DNA from: a virus
Taxonomy: Duplodnaviria; Heunggongvirae; Uroviricota; Caudoviricetes
Length of the DNA: 43,404 nt
Virus record (IMG/VR): IMGVR_UViG_3300012662_000013
Coordinates: 1-43,404 of that record
Reading direction: 5' to 3' (one strand)
Shown: piece by piece, positions 8,655 to 15,078 of the stretch
How positions within the stretch are numbered: position 1 is the stretch's first letter
Layout of the letters: the number at the start of each line of letters is the position of its first letter
Notes under the pieces: generated by a model
Told to the model about the DNA's origin: nothing
Seen by the model: only the letters and a program-made list of their open reading frames with translations
Database searches by the model: none
Position numbers and translations under genes: made by a program

Positions 8655-8726
8655 TTAACCCAATGCAATCAAAATTCTAATGTCTGTTGCTTCTTCAAGC
8701 AAAATTTCAAGTTGTTCATCATTCAT
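8655..8726 (-). CDS. 23-aa small ORF MNDEQLEILLEEATDIRILIALG
   Basis: AAAGGAG RBS. Exactly fills the gap between its neighbours. Confidence 0.55.
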   Translation of the reverse strand: MNDEQLEILLEEATDIRILIALG

Positions 8727-8770
8727 TACTTATTTCTCCTTTTTTATCAGGGGACTTTTGTCCCCTGATT

Positions 8771-9244
8771 TTATTCCAGCCCGTTCAGAATTTCTTTCAA
8801 TACTTCAAGAATGTTTGTTGTAGTCGGGTCAATCGCCCCGCCCAAGTCCCAATCACGCCGTACTCTTGCGTCATCATCAAAAATCAGGGCTTCTTCATCT
8901 GCGGCAAGTCTTGCGGCTTCAACCTTATGTTTCGGCGTTCCATAAGCTACGCACCGCAGACTGTCGAATGGAAAACCATATGATTTCAGCCAAGCACGTT
9001 TTGCTTTTCTTACTTCATCATCATACTGTTTGTTCGGCTCTTTAGAAAGCCAAGTGATAACAGCAACGTTAATTCCGCAATTCTGGAGACTACGAAGCAG
9101 ACACCCAAGTTCTGCCATATCTACAAGCGGTTCGGCGGTCTGATAGGGTGTAGGGTCATATGCTCTAAGCATTTCCAACCAGTTAGGAACATTGTATAAG
9201 TCAACCAGAGTTCCATCAAGATCGAAGCAAATTTCCTTAATCAT
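8771..9244 (-). CDS. HAD-superfamily phosphatase, probable 5'(3')-deoxyribonucleotidase, 157 aa
   Basis: Motif I FDLDGTLVD, motif II ITW, motif III K, motif IV IFDDD. Confidence 0.8.
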   Translation of the reverse strand: MIKEICFDLDGTLVDLYNVPNWLEMLRAYDPTPYQTAEPLVDMAELGCLLRSLQNCGINVAVITWLSKEPNKQYDDEVRKAKRAWLKSYGFPFDSLRCVAYGTPKHKVEAARLAADEEALIFDDDARVRRDWDLGGAIDPTTTNILEVLKEILNGLE

Positions 9245-9277
9245 TTTATCATTTCCTTTCTCTTTTGGAGTATCTTT

Positions 9278-9306
9278 ATTATAGCAGGTTCAGCCGGATT
9301 TGTCAA
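9278..9306 (-). promoter_or_regulatory. consensus sigmaA early promoter
   Basis: TTGACA-17 bp-TATAAT with TGn extension. Confidence 0.85.
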
Positions 9307-9314
9307 GTGTTTTT

Positions 9315-9698
9315 TCAAACTAATTTGATATTTTTATAATTTTCAATCACGCGGGCACTTGCGAATGGCATAATTGACATATCCTTTGCTTTAGGGTCTA
9401 CACTGATTTGGATATTTTTTCCAAGAGCATAGGCGTATCCGATTTCCCAAGCTGTTCCAGAATCAGAATACAAACCATCATACACAGCAAAAACCATGTC
9501 GCAGTCTTGAATTGCCGCGATATCCATTTTGAAAACTTCACGTGCCCAATTTTCCTGCGACATATCCCAAGCATTCGGGATTGTATGTTCTTGCGGCACA
9601 TATACATCATACCCAAGCCGGCGGAAACCAGCCACATATGAATCAATTCTTTCTTTAGTCTCAGGGCGGAAGAAAGCACCAGCCATATAAATCTTCAT
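9315..9698 (-). CDS. nucleoside 2-deoxyribosyltransferase-like (NDT / N-glycosidase fold) protein, 127 aa
   Basis: KIYMAGAFF, VYVPQ, D..AI..CD.V.A and DSGTAWEIGYAYALGK motifs. Confidence 0.8.
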   Translation of the reverse strand: MKIYMAGAFFRPETKERIDSYVAGFRRLGYDVYVPQEHTIPNAWDMSQENWAREVFKMDIAAIQDCDMVFAVYDGLYSDSGTAWEIGYAYALGKNIQISVDPKAKDMSIMPFASARVIENYKNIKLV

Positions 9699-9733
9699 TC
9701 CACATTTTCCTTTTCTTTTGGATAGAGGGGATT

Positions 9734-9931
9734 TCAAAATCCCCTCTTGATTTTCTCAAATGCGGGATAGAATCTATCTTCCCACATATCCATCAAATCT
9801 TGGTCGTTAGTTCGCTGGATTTCCCAGACAAGAGCCCCATATGCGTTATGCTCATACAGCTCAGCCTGCTCAGGGTACTCTCGTGCCCACTCCATCTGCT
9901 GATTGATAAACGACACAATTGTATTTTCCAT
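9734..9931 (-). CDS. hypothetical protein, 65 aa
   Basis: AAAGGGG RBS and an upstream promoter. The stop lies inside a hairpin. Confidence 0.75.
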   Translation of the reverse strand: MENTIVSFINQQMEWAREYPEQAELYEHNAYGALVWEIQRTNDQDLMDMWEDRFYPAFEKIKRGF

Positions 9932-9960
9932 TTTGTATTCCCCTTTCCTTTTGTACCCTT

Positions 9961-9989
9961 ATTATAGCACGGGGCATACCAGAAGTCAA
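9961..9989 (-). promoter_or_regulatory. consensus sigmaA early promoter
   Basis: TTGACT-17 bp-TATAAT with TGn extension. Confidence 0.85.
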
Positions 9990-10169
9990 GCATAAAATAT
10001 TCGTCAAATTGCACAAAGATTTTGGGAAAAATTTCCAAGAGCTAGATTGGTAGATTTTGGAAAACTTTTTTACGTTAGCACTTTAATTGGCTAAATTCCG
10101 GCCGCATGGGGCGTGTGCGGCCGGACCGAATGCTTTCCCAGATTATGGGACTGTTAAAATTTGCCGCAT

Positions 10170-10198
10170 TTGACTTTTCAACTGGAAAATTATAGAAT
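10170..10198 (+). promoter_or_regulatory. + strand sigmaA-like promoter, antisense to the early genes
   Basis: TTGACT-17 bp-TAGAAT. Confidence 0.5.
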
Positions 10199-10235
10199 TA
10201 AAATAGAAATAAAAAATTATTTTTTTTATATAAAA

Positions 10236-10264
10236 ATTATATTATTTTTTTTTATAATTTTCAA
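10236..10264 (-). promoter_or_regulatory. sigmaA-like promoter converging on 10170-10198
   Basis: TTGAAA-17 bp-TATAAT. Confidence 0.45.
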
Positions 10265-10268
10265 ATAA

Positions 10269-10296
10269 GATTTCCTCCCAAAATATTGGGAGGAAA
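10269..10296 (-). terminator. terminator-like hairpin
   Basis: ATTTCCTCCCAA/TTGGGAGGAAAT stem after the 10309 stop. Confidence 0.6.
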
Positions 10297-10308
10297 TTCA
10301 AATCATTT

Positions 10309-10524
10309 CTAAAATTTATCGTGTGGAATTTCGGGATAGTCAAGAATTTTTGCGACAAATTCATTATACTTATCGACTATCATATATTTTTCTTCAAGGC
10401 GTTTTTTAATATAATACTCAGCTTCTGAGCGACACGAAGCATCTACAAAAAACACTCGTGGCCAATTTTCCTCAGCAGGATTAAGATTGATTACTAGATA
10501 TTTCCAAGTTGGATAACCTTTCAC
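10309..10524 (-). CDS. hypothetical protein, 71 aa, ends TAG-AAA-TGA
   Basis: AAGGAG RBS 8 nt before GTG at 10524. Confidence 0.75.
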   Translation of the reverse strand: MKGYPTWKYLVINLNPAEENWPRVFFVDASCRSEAEYYIKKRLEEKYMIVDKYNEFVAKILDYPEIPHDKF

Positions 10525-10526
10525 AT

Positions 10527-10763
10527 TTACCACTCCTTAACATTTAATGTAGCTTCTACGGTGTAAACTTTTGTATCATCGGGGAAACAATCAAATTCTC
10601 CGGTAGCTAAATCAATAGCATTGATTTCATCGCCTTCATTGTCAAGAGATTCTGTTTTCATGTGAATTGTATCTGTTCTAGGGTCACGGAATACTGTTCC
10701 AATGTCAAGGGAAGCAAAATGCACAAACACTTTTTTCTGGCTGTACTCAATTTTCATTTTCAT
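10527..10763 (-). CDS. hypothetical protein, 78 aa
   Basis: Own GAAAGGA RBS. In frame with the upstream gene across a TAG. Confidence 0.8.
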   Translation of the reverse strand: MKMKIEYSQKKVFVHFASLDIGTVFRDPRTDTIHMKTESLDNEGDEINAIDLATGEFDCFPDDTKVYTVEATLNVKEW

Positions 10764-10772
10764 TTTTCCTTT

Positions 10773-11084
10773 CTATTTTCTAACTAGCCTTTTGGCAATA
10801 TTCTTTTGAATTGTATTATATAGGGCTTTCGGCATCTGCATTTGCCCGTTGGCTCTAAAAATGGCAGTTGCTTTATCAAGGTTGACATAGTATAATGTGA
10901 TTAGAAATTTCATTTCAATATCTGTAATTAAAATCACTCCTGTGTCTGTAAGGATTTGCCATTTACCTTGATATTTGAATTGAGCCACCGGATTACCTAT
11001 GCCGGTATTCATTTGAATTTGAACATATCTGTCTAAGCGGTCATTCTTGATATGCTTGCTAACTTGCAATTTTGTAATATCCAT
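10773..11084 (-). CDS. hypothetical protein, 103 aa, ends in TAG
   Basis: AAAAGGAGG RBS. The H..R..R...ITLY pattern loosely resembles RelE/BECR-type RNases (weak). Confidence 0.8.
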   Translation of the reverse strand: MDITKLQVSKHIKNDRLDRYVQIQMNTGIGNPVAQFKYQGKWQILTDTGVILITDIEMKFLITLYYVNLDKATAIFRANGQMQMPKALYNTIQKNIAKRLVRK

Positions 11085-11114
11085 TCTAATTTCCTCCTTT
11101 TGGAAGAGGGCTCT

Positions 11115-11300
11115 TCAGCCCTCGTTCCTATCATCTTCAATCCAACGATTAAGGAACTGTTCACAAGTTTCTTCTGGATTATCAATAGCTGAATCTTGAC
11201 AAGCCATTTGAAAAGGGCAGACATCGCAAGAGGAACGACTGAGCATATCAATCAGCATTTCCTTATCAAGGACATATTTTGCAAATTCAGACATTTTCAT
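11115..11300 (-). CDS. Cys-rich hypothetical protein, 61 aa
   Basis: AGGAGG RBS. C..CPF..AC...C motif. Confidence 0.7.
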   Translation of the reverse strand: MKMSEFAKYVLDKEMLIDMLSRSSCDVCPFQMACQDSAIDNPEETCEQFLNRWIEDDRNEG

Positions 11301-11313
11301 TTTTATTTCCTCC

Positions 11314-11454
11314 TTAGTCAATATAAGTGGACGTTAAGCAAATCCATTCGCGGTTCTGGTACTTGGGGCTTCTCTCCCTAGCGTCTGCTAGGGAGTAGCC
11401 ATATGCAATTTCAGTTTCATTCGTGTTGACGTTGAACATCTCGAATTCCCACAT
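11314..11454 (-). CDS. hypothetical protein, 46 aa
   Basis: GAGGAGG RBS before ATG at 11454. Confidence 0.65.
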   Translation of the reverse strand: MWEFEMFNVNTNETEIAYGYSLADARERSPKYQNREWICLTSTYID

Positions 11455-11458
11455 AATG

Positions 11459-11620
11459 TCAACCCTCCTCGATGCAACCGCAGACTGCGTACCACAGACC
11501 CATATACTCATCATAGTTGCGGGCATATGTGTTGCAGAAGTTGTTCATGCTCTCAGCACTGAAATCATGGTCATTGTCAATCCATTTGCTCAACAGTTCG
11601 GCGATTTTTTCCATTGTCAT
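11459..11620 (-). CDS. hypothetical protein, 53 aa
   Basis: GAGG RBS before ATG at 11620. First gene after the promoter. Confidence 0.65.
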   Translation of the reverse strand: MTMEKIAELLSKWIDNDHDFSAESMNNFCNTYARNYDEYMGLWYAVCGCIEEG

Positions 11621-11669
11621 TTTTTGTATCCTCGTTTCATTTTTATTTCGTTCCCCTTGGAACAATTAT

Positions 11670-11698
11670 ATTCTAGCATACCCTATAGCAAATGTCAA
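11670..11698 (-). promoter_or_regulatory. sigmaA early promoter
   Basis: TTGACA-17 bp-TAGAAT with TGn extension, followed by the conserved leader. Confidence 0.8.
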
Positions 11699-12011
11699 TA
11701 GGAAAGTCAAATTTTTTTATTCGTCAATATGCACAAAGATTTTGGTAATATTTGGTATGGAAATATATACCATAAGTGGTAGATTATGGGAAATGGAACA
11801 TAATGTCAAATATGGAAGAATTTGGCTGGAAATATGTGGAAATGGTATTAAATGGAAAATGCGGGGCGTGGCGAGCCTGCTGTGGATATAGCAATTTCGC
11901 CACGCCCCGCCCAGGCAAATTCATTTGATTAAAGTGATGATGAAGTAAAGAAGATGATTTGAAAAGTGGGCTGGAAACTGTTTCCAATTTCCAGCCCTTG
12001 GGATTTCAGGA

Positions 12012-12335
12012 TTAAATCGCCTGATGTGCCAGATTCTGCCATTCATAGATGATGTTCTGGCCTACTTCATTTGCAATTTCTCTAGCCTGACGTCTGGTGT
12101 AGGCGTGTTTTGTGCTACTGATGTAATATTTTCCATTTTTGAATTGAATATTGCAACCACCATCTAAAGTATTAAGCATTTTCACTGCAAAGATTGCCAT
12201 TTCAGGAATATCAACATCATAAGTTTTTACATTCACCTGAAAACCGCCCTTGTACTTTTTGATTTTCCCATTCTTGATGTTCAGGGTATCGCCGTCCTGC
12301 ATTTTCTTGATAGTTCTTACGTTAATCATTTTCAA
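12012..12335 (-). CDS. hypothetical protein, about 105-107 aa
   Basis: GAAAGGA RBS. Start is TTG 12335 or ATG 12329. Confidence 0.75.
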   Translation of the reverse strand: MKMINVRTIKKMQDGDTLNIKNGKIKKYKGGFQVNVKTYDVDIPEMAIFAVKMLNTLDGGCNIQFKNGKYYISSTKHAYTRRQAREIANEVGQNIIYEWQNLAHQAI

Positions 12336-12372
12336 TATTTCCTTTCTGATTTTTAATTTGGTTTGTTGTTTT

Positions 12373-12397
12373 ATGAGAGGGCTTTCCGCCCTCTCAT
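12373..12397 (-). terminator. terminator-like hairpin
   Basis: ATGAGAGGGC/GCCCTCTCAT stem with a GNRA-like loop, directly after the 12399 stop. Confidence 0.65.
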
Positions 12398-12398
12398 T

Positions 12399-12551
12399 TT
12401 ACTCGTCCATCATGACGAAGAAATTCCAGCTTGAATACTCAGGTCTGCCGTCAGCAGGGTTATTGTGGCGGACCACCTGACAGAATGAAATAGAAATCCA
12501 GAGCATAATAATAATTCCGGATAGGGTCAGTGCTAGTTTGATATTTTTCAT
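12399..12551 (-). CDS. small membrane protein, 50 aa (absent from the ORF track)
   Basis: CGAAAGGA RBS. MKNIKLALTLSGIIIMLWISISFC... has one hydrophobic helix. Confidence 0.65.
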   Translation of the reverse strand: MKNIKLALTLSGIIIMLWISISFCQVVRHNNPADGRPEYSSWNFFVMMDE

Positions 12552-12620
12552 TTCAAATTTTTCCTTTCGACTTTTGGATTCAGGTGCTCGATTGTGCAGT
12601 TTGAAAGCGGTAGAAGGACC

Positions 12621-12923
12621 TTAGAGGTCCTTCACTACTAGCGTCAGATGGTCGGCAGTATGTTCGATTGCCTGCACCACCTGATATGTTGTAAAATGAT
12701 AAGTAGTCAGTAGACCAGAAGTAAAGACCGCAGACCTACTGCCGAAGCCCACGATTTCAAGCTCTTGCATAATATAGAGCTTTTCTTCCAATTCGCGATA
12801 AAAGGCGTTCTGCCAAGGGCAGTTGAATGTGCAGGGCAAATGCCATTTGCAATATTCAGTCTGAACATTGTTTTTGTCCAGAAAGCGGATTTCAACATAG
12901 GGATTGAGATTGTTAAGTTCCAT
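12621..12923 (-). CDS. hypothetical protein, 100 aa
   Basis: AGAAAGGA RBS. TAA stop. Confidence 0.75.
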   Translation of the reverse strand: MELNNLNPYVEIRFLDKNNVQTEYCKWHLPCTFNCPWQNAFYRELEEKLYIMQELEIVGFGSRSAVFTSGLLTTYHFTTYQVVQAIEHTADHLTLVVKDL

Positions 12924-12957
12924 ATTATTCCATCCTTTCTATTGGAAGCCAAGGGTT

Positions 12958-13146
12958 TTAACCCTTGGCTCTATAGGTCTCAGTGCCATTAGAATACTGT
13001 GCCATGACTTCGCCGGTTTCCATGTCAATGACATCACGTTCGTTCCGTGCCCACAGGCTGTAGGCTCGTGCCATGTGCCGTGCCGCACTCAGGCTCTTGT
13101 AAAGAATGCCATACTTGCCAGTGCTCAGATTATAGATTTTGTACAT
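12958..13146 (-). CDS. hypothetical protein, 62 aa
   Basis: GAAAGGAG RBS. The stop lies inside the hairpin GCCAAGGG/CCCTTGGC. Confidence 0.75.
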   Translation of the reverse strand: MYKIYNLSTGKYGILYKSLSAARHMARAYSLWARNERDVIDMETGEVMAQYSNGTETYRAKG

Positions 13147-13176
13147 GATGTTGCTCCTTTCCTGTATCTGGTTGGC

Positions 13177-13515
13177 TTAGTCAGCCAACCAGATATTGCG
13201 ACTATTTGCGATACACCAGCCGCGGCAATTCTTAGACAGCCGCTCGATATCCTCAGCCAGATACATAGAATAGCCATAGGCATCAGTCAGCTTTTTCACC
13301 TTACCCTGAATGCTGTTGGTAAGCAGGCTATAGTACCTAGCCCAGTAGATAGTATAGCTAGCCTCAGCGATCTGCTGAGCAAGGTATTCACGCTGAGCGT
13401 TTATCTCTTTACGCTTGGGGTCGGAATAACCCAGTTCCTTAGTGGCACTGTTCAGACGCACAATAGTCTTCTGCATGGCGTTCAGGCGAGCACTTCTTCT
13501 GTTGATACGATTCAT
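13177..13515 (-). CDS. basic hypothetical protein, 112 aa
   Basis: AGGAGG RBS. Confidence 0.8.
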   Translation of the reverse strand: MNRINRRSARLNAMQKTIVRLNSATKELGYSDPKRKEINAQREYLAQQIAEASYTIYWARYYSLLTNSIQGKVKKLTDAYGYSMYLAEDIERLSKNCRGWCIANSRNIWLAD

Positions 13516-13560
13516 AATAATCCTCCTAATAAATGTTAGTTGGTTGGTAGGTGAAGAAGC

Positions 13561-13965
13561 TTATGCTTCTTCACCATATAACAGAGTGTACAGGTTGTCA
13601 AAGAAGTCCTCAAGCATATGCTCAAAGACATCTGCCCATTCTTCGGCCTCATCCTGCAAGTCTCTCAGTCTCTGGTAGATTGCATCATATTCGGGGCACG
13701 GACAGCCGGTTTCCATGTCCATATTGTAGTCTGTGTGTTCAAGGTCATATTCTGCACTGTCAATAGCCCATGTCAGACTATCCCATGCGTCAATGTTCTG
13801 TGCCGCATAACAATGGTATTCTTCTACCATATGCTCCCAGTCGAAGCTATCGCCAAGCATATGGTACTGCTTGACATATGTCAAGATATCTTCTGCCTGC
13901 TCTACGAGTTCTTCTTTGATTGCCTTTTCCTTGGTTTCCTTGCTAGTGATTATTGTATGTACCAT
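13561..13965 (-). CDS. acidic hypothetical protein, 134 aa; first gene of the early arm
   Basis: AAAAGGA RBS. Strongly D/E-rich. Confidence 0.8.
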   Translation of the reverse strand: MVHTIITSKETKEKAIKEELVEQAEDILTYVKQYHMLGDSFDWEHMVEEYHCYAAQNIDAWDSLTWAIDSAEYDLEHTDYNMDMETGCPCPEYDAIYQRLRDLQDEAEEWADVFEHMLEDFFDNLYTLLYGEEA

Positions 13966-13984
13966 ATTGTACCAATCCTTTTCA

Positions 13985-14220
13985 TATTATTTGACTGTTA
14001 GTTGTCAACTGTCCGTGAGTCTATGTGCCGTAGGCGTTGGACTGCCCTACAGCTTGCACCGCACTTTCCATGTTCTACCATTACGTCCGCTATGCGGTGC
14101 AGACGTTCGGCTTAAATCCAGTTTTCAAGGTTCAGGCGGTTCGGTGCTATCCGCGTCATGCCGGTCATTTTACTACACTGCCAAGGACTTGCGTGGTTTG
14201 TTGTTGTCCTCTTGACATTT
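13985..14220 (-). ncRNA. candidate structured 5' leader or ncRNA containing a boxA-like element
   Basis: About 235 nt of GC-rich, ORF-free sequence between promoter and first gene. Several hairpins, plus CCTTGAAAACT. Confidence 0.4.
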
Positions 14221-14223
14221 TGA

Positions 14224-14252
14224 ATTGTACCACACTTTGCTTTGTTTGTCAA
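14224..14252 (-). promoter_or_regulatory. sigmaA promoter heading the early arm
   Basis: TTGACA-17 bp-TACAAT with TGn extension. Confidence 0.8.
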
Positions 14253-14327
14253 GCGTTTTTTTCAAGTTTTTTTTGAAAACTTTCTTGACTGTTTTTCGTT
14301 GTTCCATGGGGTCAATTTCTGATTATG

Positions 14328-14355
14328 ATTATAGCAGATTGCAAGGAAAAGTCAA
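14328..14355 (-). promoter_or_regulatory. upstream tandem sigmaA promoter
   Basis: TTGACT-16 bp-TATAAT with TGn extension. Confidence 0.65.
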
Positions 14356-14448
14356 TACTAAAAAATGGAAAATCAATAAATTTTTTAGATTTTTTTTCGG
14401 GGCTTGTTTTTGCCAGATCCTACCAATTTTCTTGGAGGGTGCGAACGT

Positions 14449-14509
14449 ACTTTACCTCTTTACTCAGATGAAGAAAGACTATAGACTTTACCTCTTTAAT
14501 CAAATGAAG
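14449..14509. repeat. direct repeat pair, 36-bp period
   Basis: ACTTTACCTCTTT...ATGAAG at 14449 and 14485. Confidence 0.75.
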
Positions 14510-14578
14510 TTGGAAGAAACTGGGGGGGGTGCGTTTCGGGCTGGATTTTTTTGGGAATGGAAGAAAATGGTTTTCCTG

Positions 14579-14700
14579 GAAAATTAATTTCTAAACTTAT
14601 TTTTAATTTCAGAATACGGAATTAATTTCTAAAACCTTTTTCAAATTCAAAACACGGAAATAATTCCTAAACTCAATTTTAATTTTAGAAAACGGAAATA
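14579..14700. repeat. three imperfect tandem repeats of about 38 bp
   Basis: Unit approximately GAA(T/A)TAATT(T/C)CTAAA...TTT.AA.TT.A.AA.ACG, three copies. Confidence 0.7.
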
Positions 14701-14730
14701 AAAAAATAGGCGAGAATTTAATTCTCGCCT
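14701..14730 (-). terminator. intrinsic terminator
   Basis: AGGCGAGAAT/ATTCTCGCCT stem followed by a U-run on the - strand. Confidence 0.8.
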
Positions 14731-14960
14731 TAATCATCTTTAATTACTCGATAACCATTCTATTCCAATGTCTCTTTTGCAAGAGCTACAGCATCGCTTG
14801 CTTCAGGGCATTCGATGCACAAAAAAGTCTTTCCATCTACTTCATCAATATAAAATTCATAATTATGACCATTTACCATATGTAGTTCATCACGAAGCTT
14901 AGAAGGAATCATTAAACGTCCAACTGTATCGAGTTTTCTCGTATATGCTGTCTTAAGCAT
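14730..14960 (-). CDS. AbrB/SpoVT/MazE-family DNA-binding protein, 76 aa with TAG=Gln (66 aa if TAG stops)
   Basis: RKLDTVGRLMIPSKLRDEL motif. AGAAAGGAG RBS. Read-through gives ...LEQNGYRVIKDD-TAA, abutting the terminator. Confidence 0.75.
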
Positions 14961-15020
14961 TCTACTCACTCCTTTCTATGTCTGGGAGAGTATGAGCCAT
15001 CCCTTGATTTTTTATAATTT

Positions 15021-15049
15021 ATTTTACAAAATTTTTTGTCCTTTGTCAA
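15021..15049 (-). promoter_or_regulatory. sigmaA-type promoter for the AbrB-like gene
   Basis: TTGACA-17 bp (contains AAAAAATTTT)-TAAAAT. Confidence 0.6.
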
Positions 15050-15078
15050 AATTTTTCTTAACAAAATCTTAACAATAA

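Noticed and set aside
8264-10093. CIRCE heat-shock operator (TTAGCACTTT at 10075 and its reverse at 8264)
   Set aside because: Lacks the TTAGCACTC-N9-GAGTGCTAA second half and spacing.
14130-14182. tRNA (starts GGCAGTGTAG on the - strand), possible amber suppressor
   Set aside because: No matching acceptor stem, T-loop or CUA anticodon arm. No tRNA was recognised anywhere in the window.
13985-14220. Known ribozyme or riboswitch (pistol, group II domain V, RNase P, c-di-GMP-I)
   Set aside because: Only short motif resemblances. The required core architecture is not present by eye, and an Rfam search is still needed.
4343-14587. + strand track ORFs in the early arm (e.g. 4560-5054, 6824-7726, 12904-13539, 13618-14001)
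   Set aside because: Antisense shadows of - strand genes that have RBSs and promoters. They lack RBSs and plausible protein features.
14579-14700. CRISPR array
   Set aside because: The approximately 38-bp units are contiguous and degenerate, with no unique spacers and no cas genes.
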